Shown here: piece after piece, positions 10,121-18,882 of the stretch
Layout of the letters: each line of letters begins with the position of its first letter
Position numbering within the stretch: position 1 is the first letter of the stretch
From: Syntrophales bacterium
GTDB lineage: Bacteria > Desulfobacterota > Syntrophia > Syntrophales > UBA8958
NCBI GenBank assembly: GCA_023231165.1
Contig: JALNVY010000001.1
Coordinates: 1-55,254 of the forward strand
DNA: 55,254 nt
Reading direction: 5' to 3'
Notes under the pieces: model-generated
Told to the model about the DNA's origin: nothing
What the model saw: only the letters and a program-made list of their open reading frames with translations
Databases searched by the model: none
Program-made: the position numbers and the translations under genes

Positions 10121-10330
10121 ACTTTTACGTGCGCCCCTTCTTACATGACCTTTCTATGAGAGTTTGCTACCGTGTGTTCTCAAATATTTCAATCAGCATT
10201 CAGCATCTGATGGCCCATTAGCTAACTTTCCTTTTGACAGATCATAGAATATCCAGTAGGTTTCAAAAAATTTTATTACTCAACAAATACTATATATTAT
10301 TGTTATTGTTTCCAGTTTACACCGTTTATC

Positions 10331-11800
10331 ATGACAGAGGAGCATCAGATGCACGATCCATCCAAAACAAATCAAGAACTGATCGAAGAGAATGCCTTGT
10401 TAAAACAGAGAATCAAGGAACTGGAACTCTCTGAATTAGCTCTTAAGCGGGCCGAGGAAGAACTGAGACAAAGTGAGGAAAGATACCGGACCATTCTGGA
10501 TGAGATCGAAGACGGTTATCAGGAGGTGGATCTTGAGGGAAACTTCACATTTCACAATGAATCCTTCTGCAAGATCTTCGGGTACAGTAAAAATGAGCTG
10601 CTGGGCTCAAACTTCCGGCGCTACGCCGCAGATGAAGATATTGCCGATAAGGTCTATCGAGCCTATCATCAGATGTACAAGACTGGGACTCCCCTCAAAA
10701 GATTTGAATGGGATATTGTCACCAAGGACGGCGTCAGAAGATCGATAGAATTTTCCGCCTCTCTGCTGAGGGATGAGGGAGGACATCGCCGGGGATTCCG
10801 TGGCATCGTCCGCGACATCACAGATAGAAAACTCGTGGAAGATCAATACCGGATGATGGCGAACAGTGCCCAGACGGGGGTGTATATCGTGCAGGACGGC
10901 AGACTCTGCTTTGTGAATCCACACATCCTGAACTACTCCGGCTATTCTAAGGAAGAGCTGATCGGTGAACGGGTCCTTCACTTTGTCCACCCTGAAGATT
11001 GGGATATGATTAGGGAAAAGGCTAGAAAGATGCTGACGGGAGAGCTGATAACCCCCTATGAATACCGGATGGTGGATAAGAGCAACCAAATAAAATGGCT
11101 CATGGAAACGGTGACGCCCATCTCCTATAAGGGGAGGTCGGCAGTTTTGGGCAACACAATGGACACCACCGACCGCAAGCAGGCTGAAAAAAAACTGCAA
11201 GATGCCCTTTACAGTCTCAGGAAGGCGTTTGGGGCGACTGTTCAGGTCATGGTGTCCGCTGTGGAGATAAGAGATCCCTATACGGCCGGTCACCAGACTC
11301 GGTCGGCAGATCTTGCCCGCGCTATTGCCACGGAGATGGGACTTTCCCAAGAGAGAATTGACGGCATCCGCATGGCAGGTAACATTCATGACATCGGGAA
11401 GCTGTCAGTCCCAGCGGAAATATTGTCAAAACCAATAAAACTGACGGAACTCGAGTTTTCCCTGATAAAAGAACATGCCAACAAAGGATTCGAGATGCTG
11501 AAGGATGTGGAATCGCCCTGGCCCCTAGCTGAGATCGTCTATCAGCACCATGAGCGGATGGATGGTTCCGGCTATCCAAGAAATTTGAAGGGGGGTGATA
11601 TCCTCATGGAGGCCCGTATCCTTGCCGTGGCGGATGTGGTGGAATCCATGGCTTCCCATCGTCCATACCGTCCCTCCTTAGGATTAAATGCGGCACTGGC
11701 AGAGATCGAAAACAATAGAGGGACACTTTATGATGCAGATGCAGTGAATTGCTGCCTGAAATTGTTCCGGGAAAAAGGTTTTCAACTTGACGGGACCTGA
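10331..11800 (+). CDS. PAS-PAS-HD-GYP c-di-GMP phosphodiesterase-type regulator
   Basis: A coiled-coil N-terminus is followed by two PAS domains and an HD-GYP domain (GHQTRSADLA, NIHDIGKLSVP, HHERMDGSGYPRNL). Confidence 0.85.
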   Translation: MTEEHQMHDPSKTNQELIEENALLKQRIKELELSELALKRAEEELRQSEERYRTILDEIEDGYQEVDLEGNFTFHNESFCKIFGYSKNELLGSNFRRYAADEDIADKVYRAYHQMYKTGTPLKRFEWDIVTKDGVRRSIEFSASLLRDEGGHRRGFRGIVRDITDRKLVEDQYRMMANSAQTGVYIVQDGRLCFVNPHILNYSGYSKEELIGERVLHFVHPEDWDMIREKARKMLTGELITPYEYRMVDKSNQIKWLMETVTPISYKGRSAVLGNTMDTTDRKQAEKKLQDALYSLRKAFGATVQVMVSAVEIRDPYTAGHQTRSADLARAIATEMGLSQERIDGIRMAGNIHDIGKLSVPAEILSKPIKLTELEFSLIKEHANKGFEMLKDVESPWPLAEIVYQHHERMDGSGYPRNLKGGDILMEARILAVADVVESMASHRPYRPSLGLNAALAEIENNRGTLYDADAVNCCLKLFREKGFQLDGT

Positions 11801-11851
11801 TTATAGATGGCAAATTCCGATGTATCTTTACCTGTCTGATGGATCTTGCGC

Positions 11852-14530
11852 ATGAATAAAAGCCGTATTGTTTATTCGTTACCGATAATTCTTTTGCTGA
11901 TTGTTACTGTTGCCGGCTGGTTTGCCACAGACTATCTTGGTAATAAAGCCCGGCAGGAAGTCATCGGAGAAAGCCGAGCTTCAGTATTAACCGTTTCCAC
12001 CCATGTATCCTCTACATTTAAAAACCTTGAAGGGGCCGTTAAATCCCTGGCCGGCTCTCCCTGGATCGCCCCCGCACTGATGTCTAAAAGAGACCGGGAA
12101 ATAGAACATGCCAATAGCGTGTTAGACAGATACAATTCCGCCTTAAACGCTTCCATTACCTTTCTGATGGATGCCGGCGGCATGACCGTGGCATCCTCCA
12201 ACCGGAACGATCAGAACAGCTTTGTAGGGAAATCTCTAAGTTTCCGTCCTTATTTTCAGGAAGCGGCCAAAGGGAAACCCGGTCGTTATTTTGCGCTGGG
12301 CACCATTGCCAAAAAGAGGGGGTTCTACGCAAGCTACCCGGTTCAGAATCGTCCGGGTAAAGTGCTCGGCGTGGTCGCGATGAAAAAGGATCTTGACGAA
12401 ATGGAAACCTTTTTCAGCAAATATCCTTTTTGCTTTCTCATCAACCCGGACGGCATTATTTTTCTGTCCAGCACACCGTCAATGGTTCTAAAAAGTTTCT
12501 GGCCGCTGGACAAATCAGTAGAGCAACAATTGATTGCTTCCCAGCAATTTGGCAAGAAACTCTTTGAATCCGGTTTTTTTAAAAAGGAGGTTGCCGATGG
12601 TACGGAAGCCGCTTTAGAAGGGAATGATTATTTTATCTCCAGGAAGGTCATTGACAGCGCCGGATGGTCGATTATTCTCCTGACCCCGACAGACCGTATC
12701 AGGAAATACAAATTGATCGGCATCCTGGCAACAATTTTCTTATGCTCTTTAATCATGGTTTTTTCAGGCATTGTCTATGTCACGGACCGATCCAAAGAGG
12801 CCCTTCGGCAAAGTGAGGAACTTTACAAGGCGCTTGCCGAAAAATCTATCGCCGGTGTTTATGTGGTGCAGGACGGCAAGTTCCGTTTCATTAATTCCAA
12901 TGCGGCATCCTATGCAGGCTATACAAGGGAAGAGTTGTTGGCCCGGGAAGCGGGTCTTTTGATCAGCCCGGAAGACCGGGAAAAGGTAAGACAGGATGCC
13001 AGGGCCATGCTGCGCGGTGAAATGAGTTCCCCTTATGAGTTCAGGATTATCACGAAACAGGGAGAACCCCGCTGGATTATGGAGACCGTTGCGTCCATTG
13101 TATATGAGGGCCGTCCGGCTATCCTGGGAAACTCGATGAATATCACGAAGCACAAGCAGGCGGAGGAGGCGCTGCAGATCAATAGGACTCAACTGGCGGA
13201 CATCATTGCATTTCTTCCGGATGCTACCCTGGCTATAGATAAGGAAAGGCGTATCATCATTTGGAACAAGGCTATCGAGGAAATGACGGGTGTTCCGGCT
13301 GCGGAGATGATCGGTAAAGGCGATTATGTCTATACGATCCCGTTTTATGGCGAGGCGCGACCGCAGTTGATGGATTTAGTCTTTCTGGACCACAAGGAGA
13401 TTGAGGCCCGATATCCCAGCATCATCCGTGAGGGCAACTCCCTCAATGCGGAAGCATTCTGCGGCGCCCTACACAACAATGAGGGCGCATGGGTTTTCGC
13501 CAAGGCTTCGCCCCTGCACGATCAGTCCGGCAAGATCATAGGCGCGATCGAAAGCATCCGCGACATCACCGGGCACAAGCGGTTAGAGAAGGCGTTACAG
13601 AAGAGCGAAAAAGAGTATCGGACCTTGGTGGACAATGCGAGTGATATAATCTTCAGAACAAATGCCACCGGACTCTTCACCTTTGTCAATCCGGCAGCAC
13701 TCCGTATTACGGGATATGAAGAAAAGGAGATTATTGGGAAGCCTTATTCGACATTGATCCGCCCGGACATGCAGGAGGAAACCATAAAATTCTTCAGTCG
13801 TCAGTTTGTAAAGAAGATTAAAAATACACAGTTAGAATATCCTATTCTCACGAAAGATGGTCATGAGGTCTGGCTTGAGCAAAGTACCCAGTTGATCTCG
13901 CTAGATGGTCATGTTGTGAGCTTTCAGGCAATAGCCCGCGACATCGGGGATCGCAAAAGGATGGAGGCGGAAATCCTCCGCCTTTCGATCACAGATCAGC
14001 TCACCGGCCTGCATAACAGAAGAGGGTTTTTATCTCTCGCGGAGCAGCAGTTAAAATTAGCGGAAAGGAATAAGAGTGGAATGCTGCTCTTTTTTGCGGA
14101 TCTGGACGGGTTGAAATGGATCAATGACACGCTGGGTCATGAGGAAGGAGATAGAGCGCTCATTGAAGCAGCAACGGTATTTAAAGAGACCTTCAGAACC
14201 TCCGACATCATTGCTCGTCTGGGAGGAGATGAATATGCCGCCCTTGCCGTTGATATAACTGTAGCAAGTTACGAGATCTTTACTGCCCGGTTGCAGTCTC
14301 TGATTGACACACGAAACAATCAGGAAAACCGGAGATACAGACTTTCAATCAGTGTCGGTTTCTCTTACTATGATCCTGAAAATTCCTGTTCTATTGACGA
14401 ACTCATGGCCTCTGCGGATAAATTGATGTATGAGCAGAAGCAAATCAAGAAGGGCCTTCTTGTGCAAGGGGCCTCCCTATCAAGCAGTAATCCTTATCCT
14501 TCAATGCACGATGAGGGTAAGGATAAGTAG
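11852..14530 (+). CDS. membrane sensor diguanylate cyclase (periplasmic Cache-like domain, three PAS, GGDEF)
   Basis: An N-terminal TM helix is followed by an extracytoplasmic domain and a second TM helix. Three PAS domains then precede a GGDEF domain (RLGGDEYAAL, with RRGF upstream). Confidence 0.85.
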   Translation: MNKSRIVYSLPIILLLIVTVAGWFATDYLGNKARQEVIGESRASVLTVSTHVSSTFKNLEGAVKSLAGSPWIAPALMSKRDREIEHANSVLDRYNSALNASITFLMDAGGMTVASSNRNDQNSFVGKSLSFRPYFQEAAKGKPGRYFALGTIAKKRGFYASYPVQNRPGKVLGVVAMKKDLDEMETFFSKYPFCFLINPDGIIFLSSTPSMVLKSFWPLDKSVEQQLIASQQFGKKLFESGFFKKEVADGTEAALEGNDYFISRKVIDSAGWSIILLTPTDRIRKYKLIGILATIFLCSLIMVFSGIVYVTDRSKEALRQSEELYKALAEKSIAGVYVVQDGKFRFINSNAASYAGYTREELLAREAGLLISPEDREKVRQDARAMLRGEMSSPYEFRIITKQGEPRWIMETVASIVYEGRPAILGNSMNITKHKQAEEALQINRTQLADIIAFLPDATLAIDKERRIIIWNKAIEEMTGVPAAEMIGKGDYVYTIPFYGEARPQLMDLVFLDHKEIEARYPSIIREGNSLNAEAFCGALHNNEGAWVFAKASPLHDQSGKIIGAIESIRDITGHKRLEKALQKSEKEYRTLVDNASDIIFRTNATGLFTFVNPAALRITGYEEKEIIGKPYSTLIRPDMQEETIKFFSRQFVKKIKNTQLEYPILTKDGHEVWLEQSTQLISLDGHVVSFQAIARDIGDRKRMEAEILRLSITDQLTGLHNRRGFLSLAEQQLKLAERNKSGMLLFFADLDGLKWINDTLGHEEGDRALIEAATVFKETFRTSDIIARLGGDEYAALAVDITVASYEIFTARLQSLIDTRNNQENRRYRLSISVGFSYYDPENSCSIDELMASADKLMYEQKQIKKGLLVQGASLSSSNPYPSMHDEGKDK

Positions 14531-14689
14531 GTGACGACAATAACCGCCAAATTCCATGCGTATTTGGCAAATCTTTTAGATCAGATACGAACAATAGACA
14601 AAGCGAGGTTTATAAAAAACATTGACACACTTGATTCAGAATCCCAGCTAAAAGTTCTTGCCGTATTGCAGCGCCTGTTTGCATTTTAA
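14531..14689 (+). CDS. possible 52-aa ORF translationally coupled to the GGDEF gene
   Basis: The GTG lies immediately after the TAG stop (TAGGTG), with AAGGA 8 nt upstream. The predicted peptide is amphipathic and helical (VTTITAKFHAYLANLLDQIRTIDKARFIKNIDTLDSESQLKVLAVLQRLFAF). It is below the ORF-track cutoff and has no recognised homology. Confidence 0.2.
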   Translation: MTTITAKFHAYLANLLDQIRTIDKARFIKNIDTLDSESQLKVLAVLQRLFAF

Positions 14690-14998
14690 ATATTACCCTG
14701 ATCAGACAGGCGAAGGTTTTTCCCGCCAACCCCCACACCAACTGGTGTAAGCTTCCTCACTTGGATGAATCAAAAACAGAACCGTCCCCGTTATGAATGC
14801 GTAAGGCACTTCGCACTGTAAACTTTCCTTCCCAAGATTTTTCCATTTTTACCGTAATGATGAGGGCCGGCAAACCGGATCTTGATTCTAAAACAATCAT
14901 CCATTTCATATAGATAAACTTTATTGGTCCCATTTTGTGCGGCTTTGGTATGAATCCTGCTCATGGGCGGTTGACAAACCTGAAAAGGAGAGGATCTT

Positions 14999-15949
14999 AT
15001 GCCAATATCAAATAAATCCGTCGCTGTTGTTTTTCCGGGCCAGGGCGCTCAGCGTCCGGGGATGGGTAAGGATTTTTACGAGCAACTGCAAGTATGCAGG
15101 GAGACTTATGAGGAGGCCTCCGACGCCCTGGGTTGGGATGTCGGAGAGATGTGTTTCGGAGCGGACGAGCGGCTTAATCAAACCGAATTTACCCAGCCTT
15201 GCCTTTTGACGACCGAAATCGCCATGTTCCGCGGCCTGGACGCCCTGTATGATTTGTCGCCCCTTCATTACGGCGGTCATAGTCTCGGTGAATTTACGGC
15301 CCTCGTAGCAGCGGGCGTCATGCCTCTATGTGATGCCGTGCAGGTAGTCCATACCAGAGGCCGCCTGATGCAGGAGGCTGTCCCCGCCGGTCTGGGCGGC
15401 ATGGCGGCGGTGATCGCCGCTGATCTTGATGTGGAGGAATTAGAGGGGGCACTATCGGATCTGCCCGTAGATATCGCCAATGTAAATTCTTCCCGGCAGA
15501 TCGTCATTAGCGGCCATGCGAGCGCCCTGCCGGAGGCGGCGGTGAGGATCACCGATGTCATCGAGGAGGATGCGGACATGCGCTTTGTCCCCCTCAATGT
15601 CAGCGCCCCTTTTCACAGCCGTTTCATGCGCCCCGTCGAGCGGGAATTCTCCGACCTCCTGCGCGCCTTGGGCGATGATGTAGATGCCCAAAAGGCCATG
15701 GCGGTAACCTCAAATTACACTGGCAAATTCCATACCCGCTATCGGGAGGACCTGTTGTGCTACCTCACATATCAGTTGGGGAGCAAGGTCCGCTGGTGGG
15801 AGAATATGGACGCTATCGCCGCCGAGGCCGATACGATCTATGAAATCGGCCCGGGACGGCCCCTGCGGGATTTTTTCAAGACCATCGGTGTAAACTGCCT
15901 CTCCGTGACTACCCTGTCTTCGGCGATGCGCATTTTTGGGAGTAACTGA
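14999..15949 (+). CDS. fabD: malonyl-CoA:ACP transacylase (FabD family)
   Basis: Motifs are FPGQGAQRPGMG, the GHSLGE active-site Ser, TRGRLMQ and SAPFHS. RBS is AAGGAGAGG. Confidence 0.85.
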   Translation: MPISNKSVAVVFPGQGAQRPGMGKDFYEQLQVCRETYEEASDALGWDVGEMCFGADERLNQTEFTQPCLLTTEIAMFRGLDALYDLSPLHYGGHSLGEFTALVAAGVMPLCDAVQVVHTRGRLMQEAVPAGLGGMAAVIAADLDVEELEGALSDLPVDIANVNSSRQIVISGHASALPEAAVRITDVIEEDADMRFVPLNVSAPFHSRFMRPVEREFSDLLRALGDDVDAQKAMAVTSNYTGKFHTRYREDLLCYLTYQLGSKVRWWENMDAIAAEADTIYEIGPGRPLRDFFKTIGVNCLSVTTLSSAMRIFGSN

Positions 15950-15952
15950 AAG

Positions 15953-17152
15953 ATGGAGTTCAATCTATCCGATCATCAACGCATGTATTTGGAGACGGTC
16001 CAGCGCTTCGTTAAAACGGAGATCCTCCCCCATATCCTGGAGCTGGACGGGAAACATGCCTTTCCCTTTGAGATTATTCGCAAGGCCTGGGAAACGGGAA
16101 TCCTGAATCTGAGTATCCCCGGTGATATTAAAGGATATGAAATGGACGCCGTGTCCTCCGCCCTGATTATCGAAGAGCTGTCTTACGGCGATTCGGGGAT
16201 TGCCACCTCGGCCATGTGCAATGACCTGGCTAACGCCGCCATCGCTCAGCATGGGGCCGGTTCGCAGCAGGAAGCCTTTCTGAGGCCCTTTGTCGATAAT
16301 CCCCTCCTCGCTTCCTTCTGCCTGACCGAGCCGGGGGCCGGTTCCGACAACAGTGCCATGACGACGTTCATGAGCCGCCGTGAAGACGGAACCTATCTTC
16401 TCAACGGGGCCAAGTGCTTCATTACCAATGCCTCCTACGCTTCCCAGTTTACCGTTTTCTGCAAGGTGGGGAAGCCGACGGGCAATTTCATGGCCTGCGT
16501 CATCGTCCCCGTCGCGGCGCCATCCCCGAAAGAACTGGCCTCAGGGTTTGGGCAAGGGAGAGAGATTACCCTGTCTATAGGCGGGAGCATCGCCGTTGGC
16601 AAACCGGAGGACAAACTGGGGCAACGGTTGTCCAATACAGCCGCCGTGACCTTTGAAAATGTCGTTATCACCCCCGAACAGATCATCGGCGACCGGCGCC
16701 TAGGTTTTCGGTACGTCATCGACGTTCTCGACTATGCCCGGCCGATGGTGGCGGCTATCGGCGTCGGTCTGGCCCGGCGGGCCCTGGATGTGACCCTTAA
16801 TTATACCCGGGAGCGCAAACAGTTCGGCCAGCGGATCTGCGACCTTCCCGTGGCCCGGGATACCCTGACGGCCATGTGGAAAAAGGTGGAACTGGCGAAG
16901 CTGGCCCTGATGAAGTCTGCCTGCGCCCTTGAGGAGAAGGCGGAAGACCGGGGGCTTTATGCGTCCCTGGCCAAGAATACCGCCGCCGAAGCGGCCCTCT
17001 TCTGTGCCAATGAGGGGCTCCATCTCCACGGCGGCTACGGGTTCATGACGGAATACGAAATCTCGAAACTCGTTCGGGACGCCCATATCATCGATATCTA
17101 TGAAGGGGTCCGGGAGGTCCAGAACATGATTATCGGCCGGGAGATTTGCTGA
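15953..17152 (+). CDS. acyl-CoA (or acyl-ACP) dehydrogenase family flavoprotein
   Basis: 399 aa with an ACAD fold (CLTEPGAGSD, GAKCFITN). The C-terminal catalytic Glu context is IYEGVREVQ. The gene starts 3 nt after the fabD stop. Confidence 0.8.
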   Translation: MEFNLSDHQRMYLETVQRFVKTEILPHILELDGKHAFPFEIIRKAWETGILNLSIPGDIKGYEMDAVSSALIIEELSYGDSGIATSAMCNDLANAAIAQHGAGSQQEAFLRPFVDNPLLASFCLTEPGAGSDNSAMTTFMSRREDGTYLLNGAKCFITNASYASQFTVFCKVGKPTGNFMACVIVPVAAPSPKELASGFGQGREITLSIGGSIAVGKPEDKLGQRLSNTAAVTFENVVITPEQIIGDRRLGFRYVIDVLDYARPMVAAIGVGLARRALDVTLNYTRERKQFGQRICDLPVARDTLTAMWKKVELAKLALMKSACALEEKAEDRGLYASLAKNTAAEAALFCANEGLHLHGGYGFMTEYEISKLVRDAHIIDIYEGVREVQNMIIGREIC

Positions 17153-17154
17153 TT

Positions 17155-18162
17155 ATGCTGTATCTGCACGGGTTGGGACACTTTCACCCGGAGAATGTCA
17201 TTACCAATAAGTTCCTGGAAGATCTCGACATCGGGACCAGCAACGACTGGGTCCTGGAACGGGTGGGAATTCGGGAGCGCCGGACCTCTCTTCCCCTTGC
17301 TTACATCCGGGAAACGAAGAATAACGACACTCGAACTGCTTATGAAGCCAGTATTTACACAAATGCCCAGACCGGGGCGGCGGCGGCAAGGCATGCCCTT
17401 GCCCAGGCGGGTATTGCTCCGGAGGACATCGGCCTGGTGATTTCCGGCAGTTCGGCCCCGGACCATGTCACCCCGTCCGAGGCCGCCACAGTGGCGGCGG
17501 AACTCGAAATCGAGGCGCCGTGTTTTGACATCAACGCCGCCTGCGCCACTTTCGGGGTCCAGTTGTCCTTTTTGAGCAAAATGAGGCCGGAGAGTCTGCC
17601 TCCCTATGTCCTGGTCGTCAACCCGGAAAATCTGACCCGTTGTATCGACTATTCGGATCGCAATACGGCGGTCCTCTTCGGAGACGGCAGTGCGGCCGCC
17701 GTGGTTTCGGCAACGATACCTTCACGGTTACGCCTGCTGAAGAGTGATTACGCATCGAAACCGGCGTCATGGCAGAAGGCGATTATTCCCCGGACCGGTT
17801 ATTTCCAGCAGGACGGAAATGCGGTGCAGGGTTTTGCCATCCGCAAAATGACGGAGGCGGTCCGGACGTTTCAGGAGACCTATGAGGGAAGGAAGGATGG
17901 AGAAAAAGATATAAATGGCCGGCGCCTTCTCTTTGTCGGTCACCAGGCAAACCTGAGTGTTTTAAACACGGTTTGTGAGCGGTCGGCCATTCCCGATGAC
18001 TGTCACTGGTGCAACGTGACCATGTTCGGCAATACGGGCTGTTCCGGAGCCCCGGCGGTTGTAAGTCAGCGCTGGCAGGATCTTGAGCCGGGTGACTGCC
18101 TGATCATGGCCCTGGTCGGGGCGGGGCTGACGTGGTCAACGCTAATGTGGCAGATGTCCTGA
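17155..18162 (+). CDS. 3-oxoacyl-ACP synthase III (KAS III / FabH family)
   Basis: The Cys-His-Asn triad lies in the contexts INAACATFG, VGHQAN and FGNTGCSG. The ATG is at 17155 (a TTG at 17146 is also possible). Confidence 0.8.
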   Translation: MLYLHGLGHFHPENVITNKFLEDLDIGTSNDWVLERVGIRERRTSLPLAYIRETKNNDTRTAYEASIYTNAQTGAAAARHALAQAGIAPEDIGLVISGSSAPDHVTPSEAATVAAELEIEAPCFDINAACATFGVQLSFLSKMRPESLPPYVLVVNPENLTRCIDYSDRNTAVLFGDGSAAAVVSATIPSRLRLLKSDYASKPASWQKAIIPRTGYFQQDGNAVQGFAIRKMTEAVRTFQETYEGRKDGEKDINGRRLLFVGHQANLSVLNTVCERSAIPDDCHWCNVTMFGNTGCSGAPAVVSQRWQDLEPGDCLIMALVGAGLTWSTLMWQMS

Positions 18163-18173
18163 GGTAAATTTTG

Positions 18174-18749
18174 ATGAAATATGAAGAGTTCAGAAACCAG
18201 AAAAGTTTTAATCTTACCGATCTGATCGCCTTTTCCTATGGCCGGCTGGTGGAAGATCCTCCGGATGGTTTTGACGCCCGTCTGCCGGCGCCTCCTTTTC
18301 TCATGATCGATCGCATCCTCTCCATGGAGGCAGATGGTCGGAGAGGGAAAATCGTCGCAGAGCAGGATATCCATCTGGATGCTTGGTATTTCCAATGTCA
18401 CATGCCCGGAGATCCTGTCCAGCCTGGCTGTCTCGGAGTGGACGCCATCTGGCAGCTTCAGGGATTTTATGGCGTCTGGCGCGGTGGCCTGGGGGCAGGG
18501 CGTGCCCTGGGATGTGATGGGGTGACTTTTACAGGACAGGTCCGCCCCTATCACCGCGTCGTCCGCTACGAGATCGACGTCCGCCGTTTTTCTTCCCTGG
18601 CGGAATCGGGGGCCAGCATCATTATCGGCGACGGGACCATATCCGTGGATGGGGAGTGTATCGCCGAGGTTCATCAGGCCCGCACCGGCCTTTTTCGAGG
18701 CATCGTCTATGGTGATTATCCGTGGCCTCCGAAAAACAGTGAACGGTAA
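18174..18749 (+). CDS. fabA: FabA-type 3-hydroxyacyl-ACP dehydratase/isomerase
   Basis: [12 protein letters not shown] and [29 protein letters not shown] closely parallel the E. coli FabA active-site block [24 protein letters not shown]. Confidence 0.8.
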   Translation: [191 protein letters not shown]

Positions 18750-18807
18750 ATGGTGAGCGGCATGAGAGTCACTCCCCTGCGAGGGTCAGTCCCGCATACC
18801 TCAATTT

Positions 18808-18843
18808 CCTCCCCTTCAAGGGGAGGGTCGGGGTGGGGATGGG
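18808..18843. repeat. REP-like GC hairpin plus G-rich tail (CCTCCCC-TTCAA-GGGGAGG GTCGGGGTGGGGATGGG)
   Basis: 7-bp perfect stem in the fabA-fabG spacer. Related hairpins occur at 22911-22940 and 34586-34614. Confidence 0.5.
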
Positions 18844-18882
18844 TTATTATTGGTTCATCACATTTATGAGGACTATCATTAA

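Noticed and set aside
10607-11389. Minus-strand 260-aa ORF inside the PAS/HD-GYP gene.
   Set aside because: It is antisense to a gene with unambiguous PAS and HD-GYP motifs.
18066-18674. Minus-strand 202-aa ORF across the KAS III/FabA junction.
   Set aside because: It is antisense to two well-supported CDSs, and its Arg/Pro/Gly-rich sequence is typical of GC-biased shadow frames.
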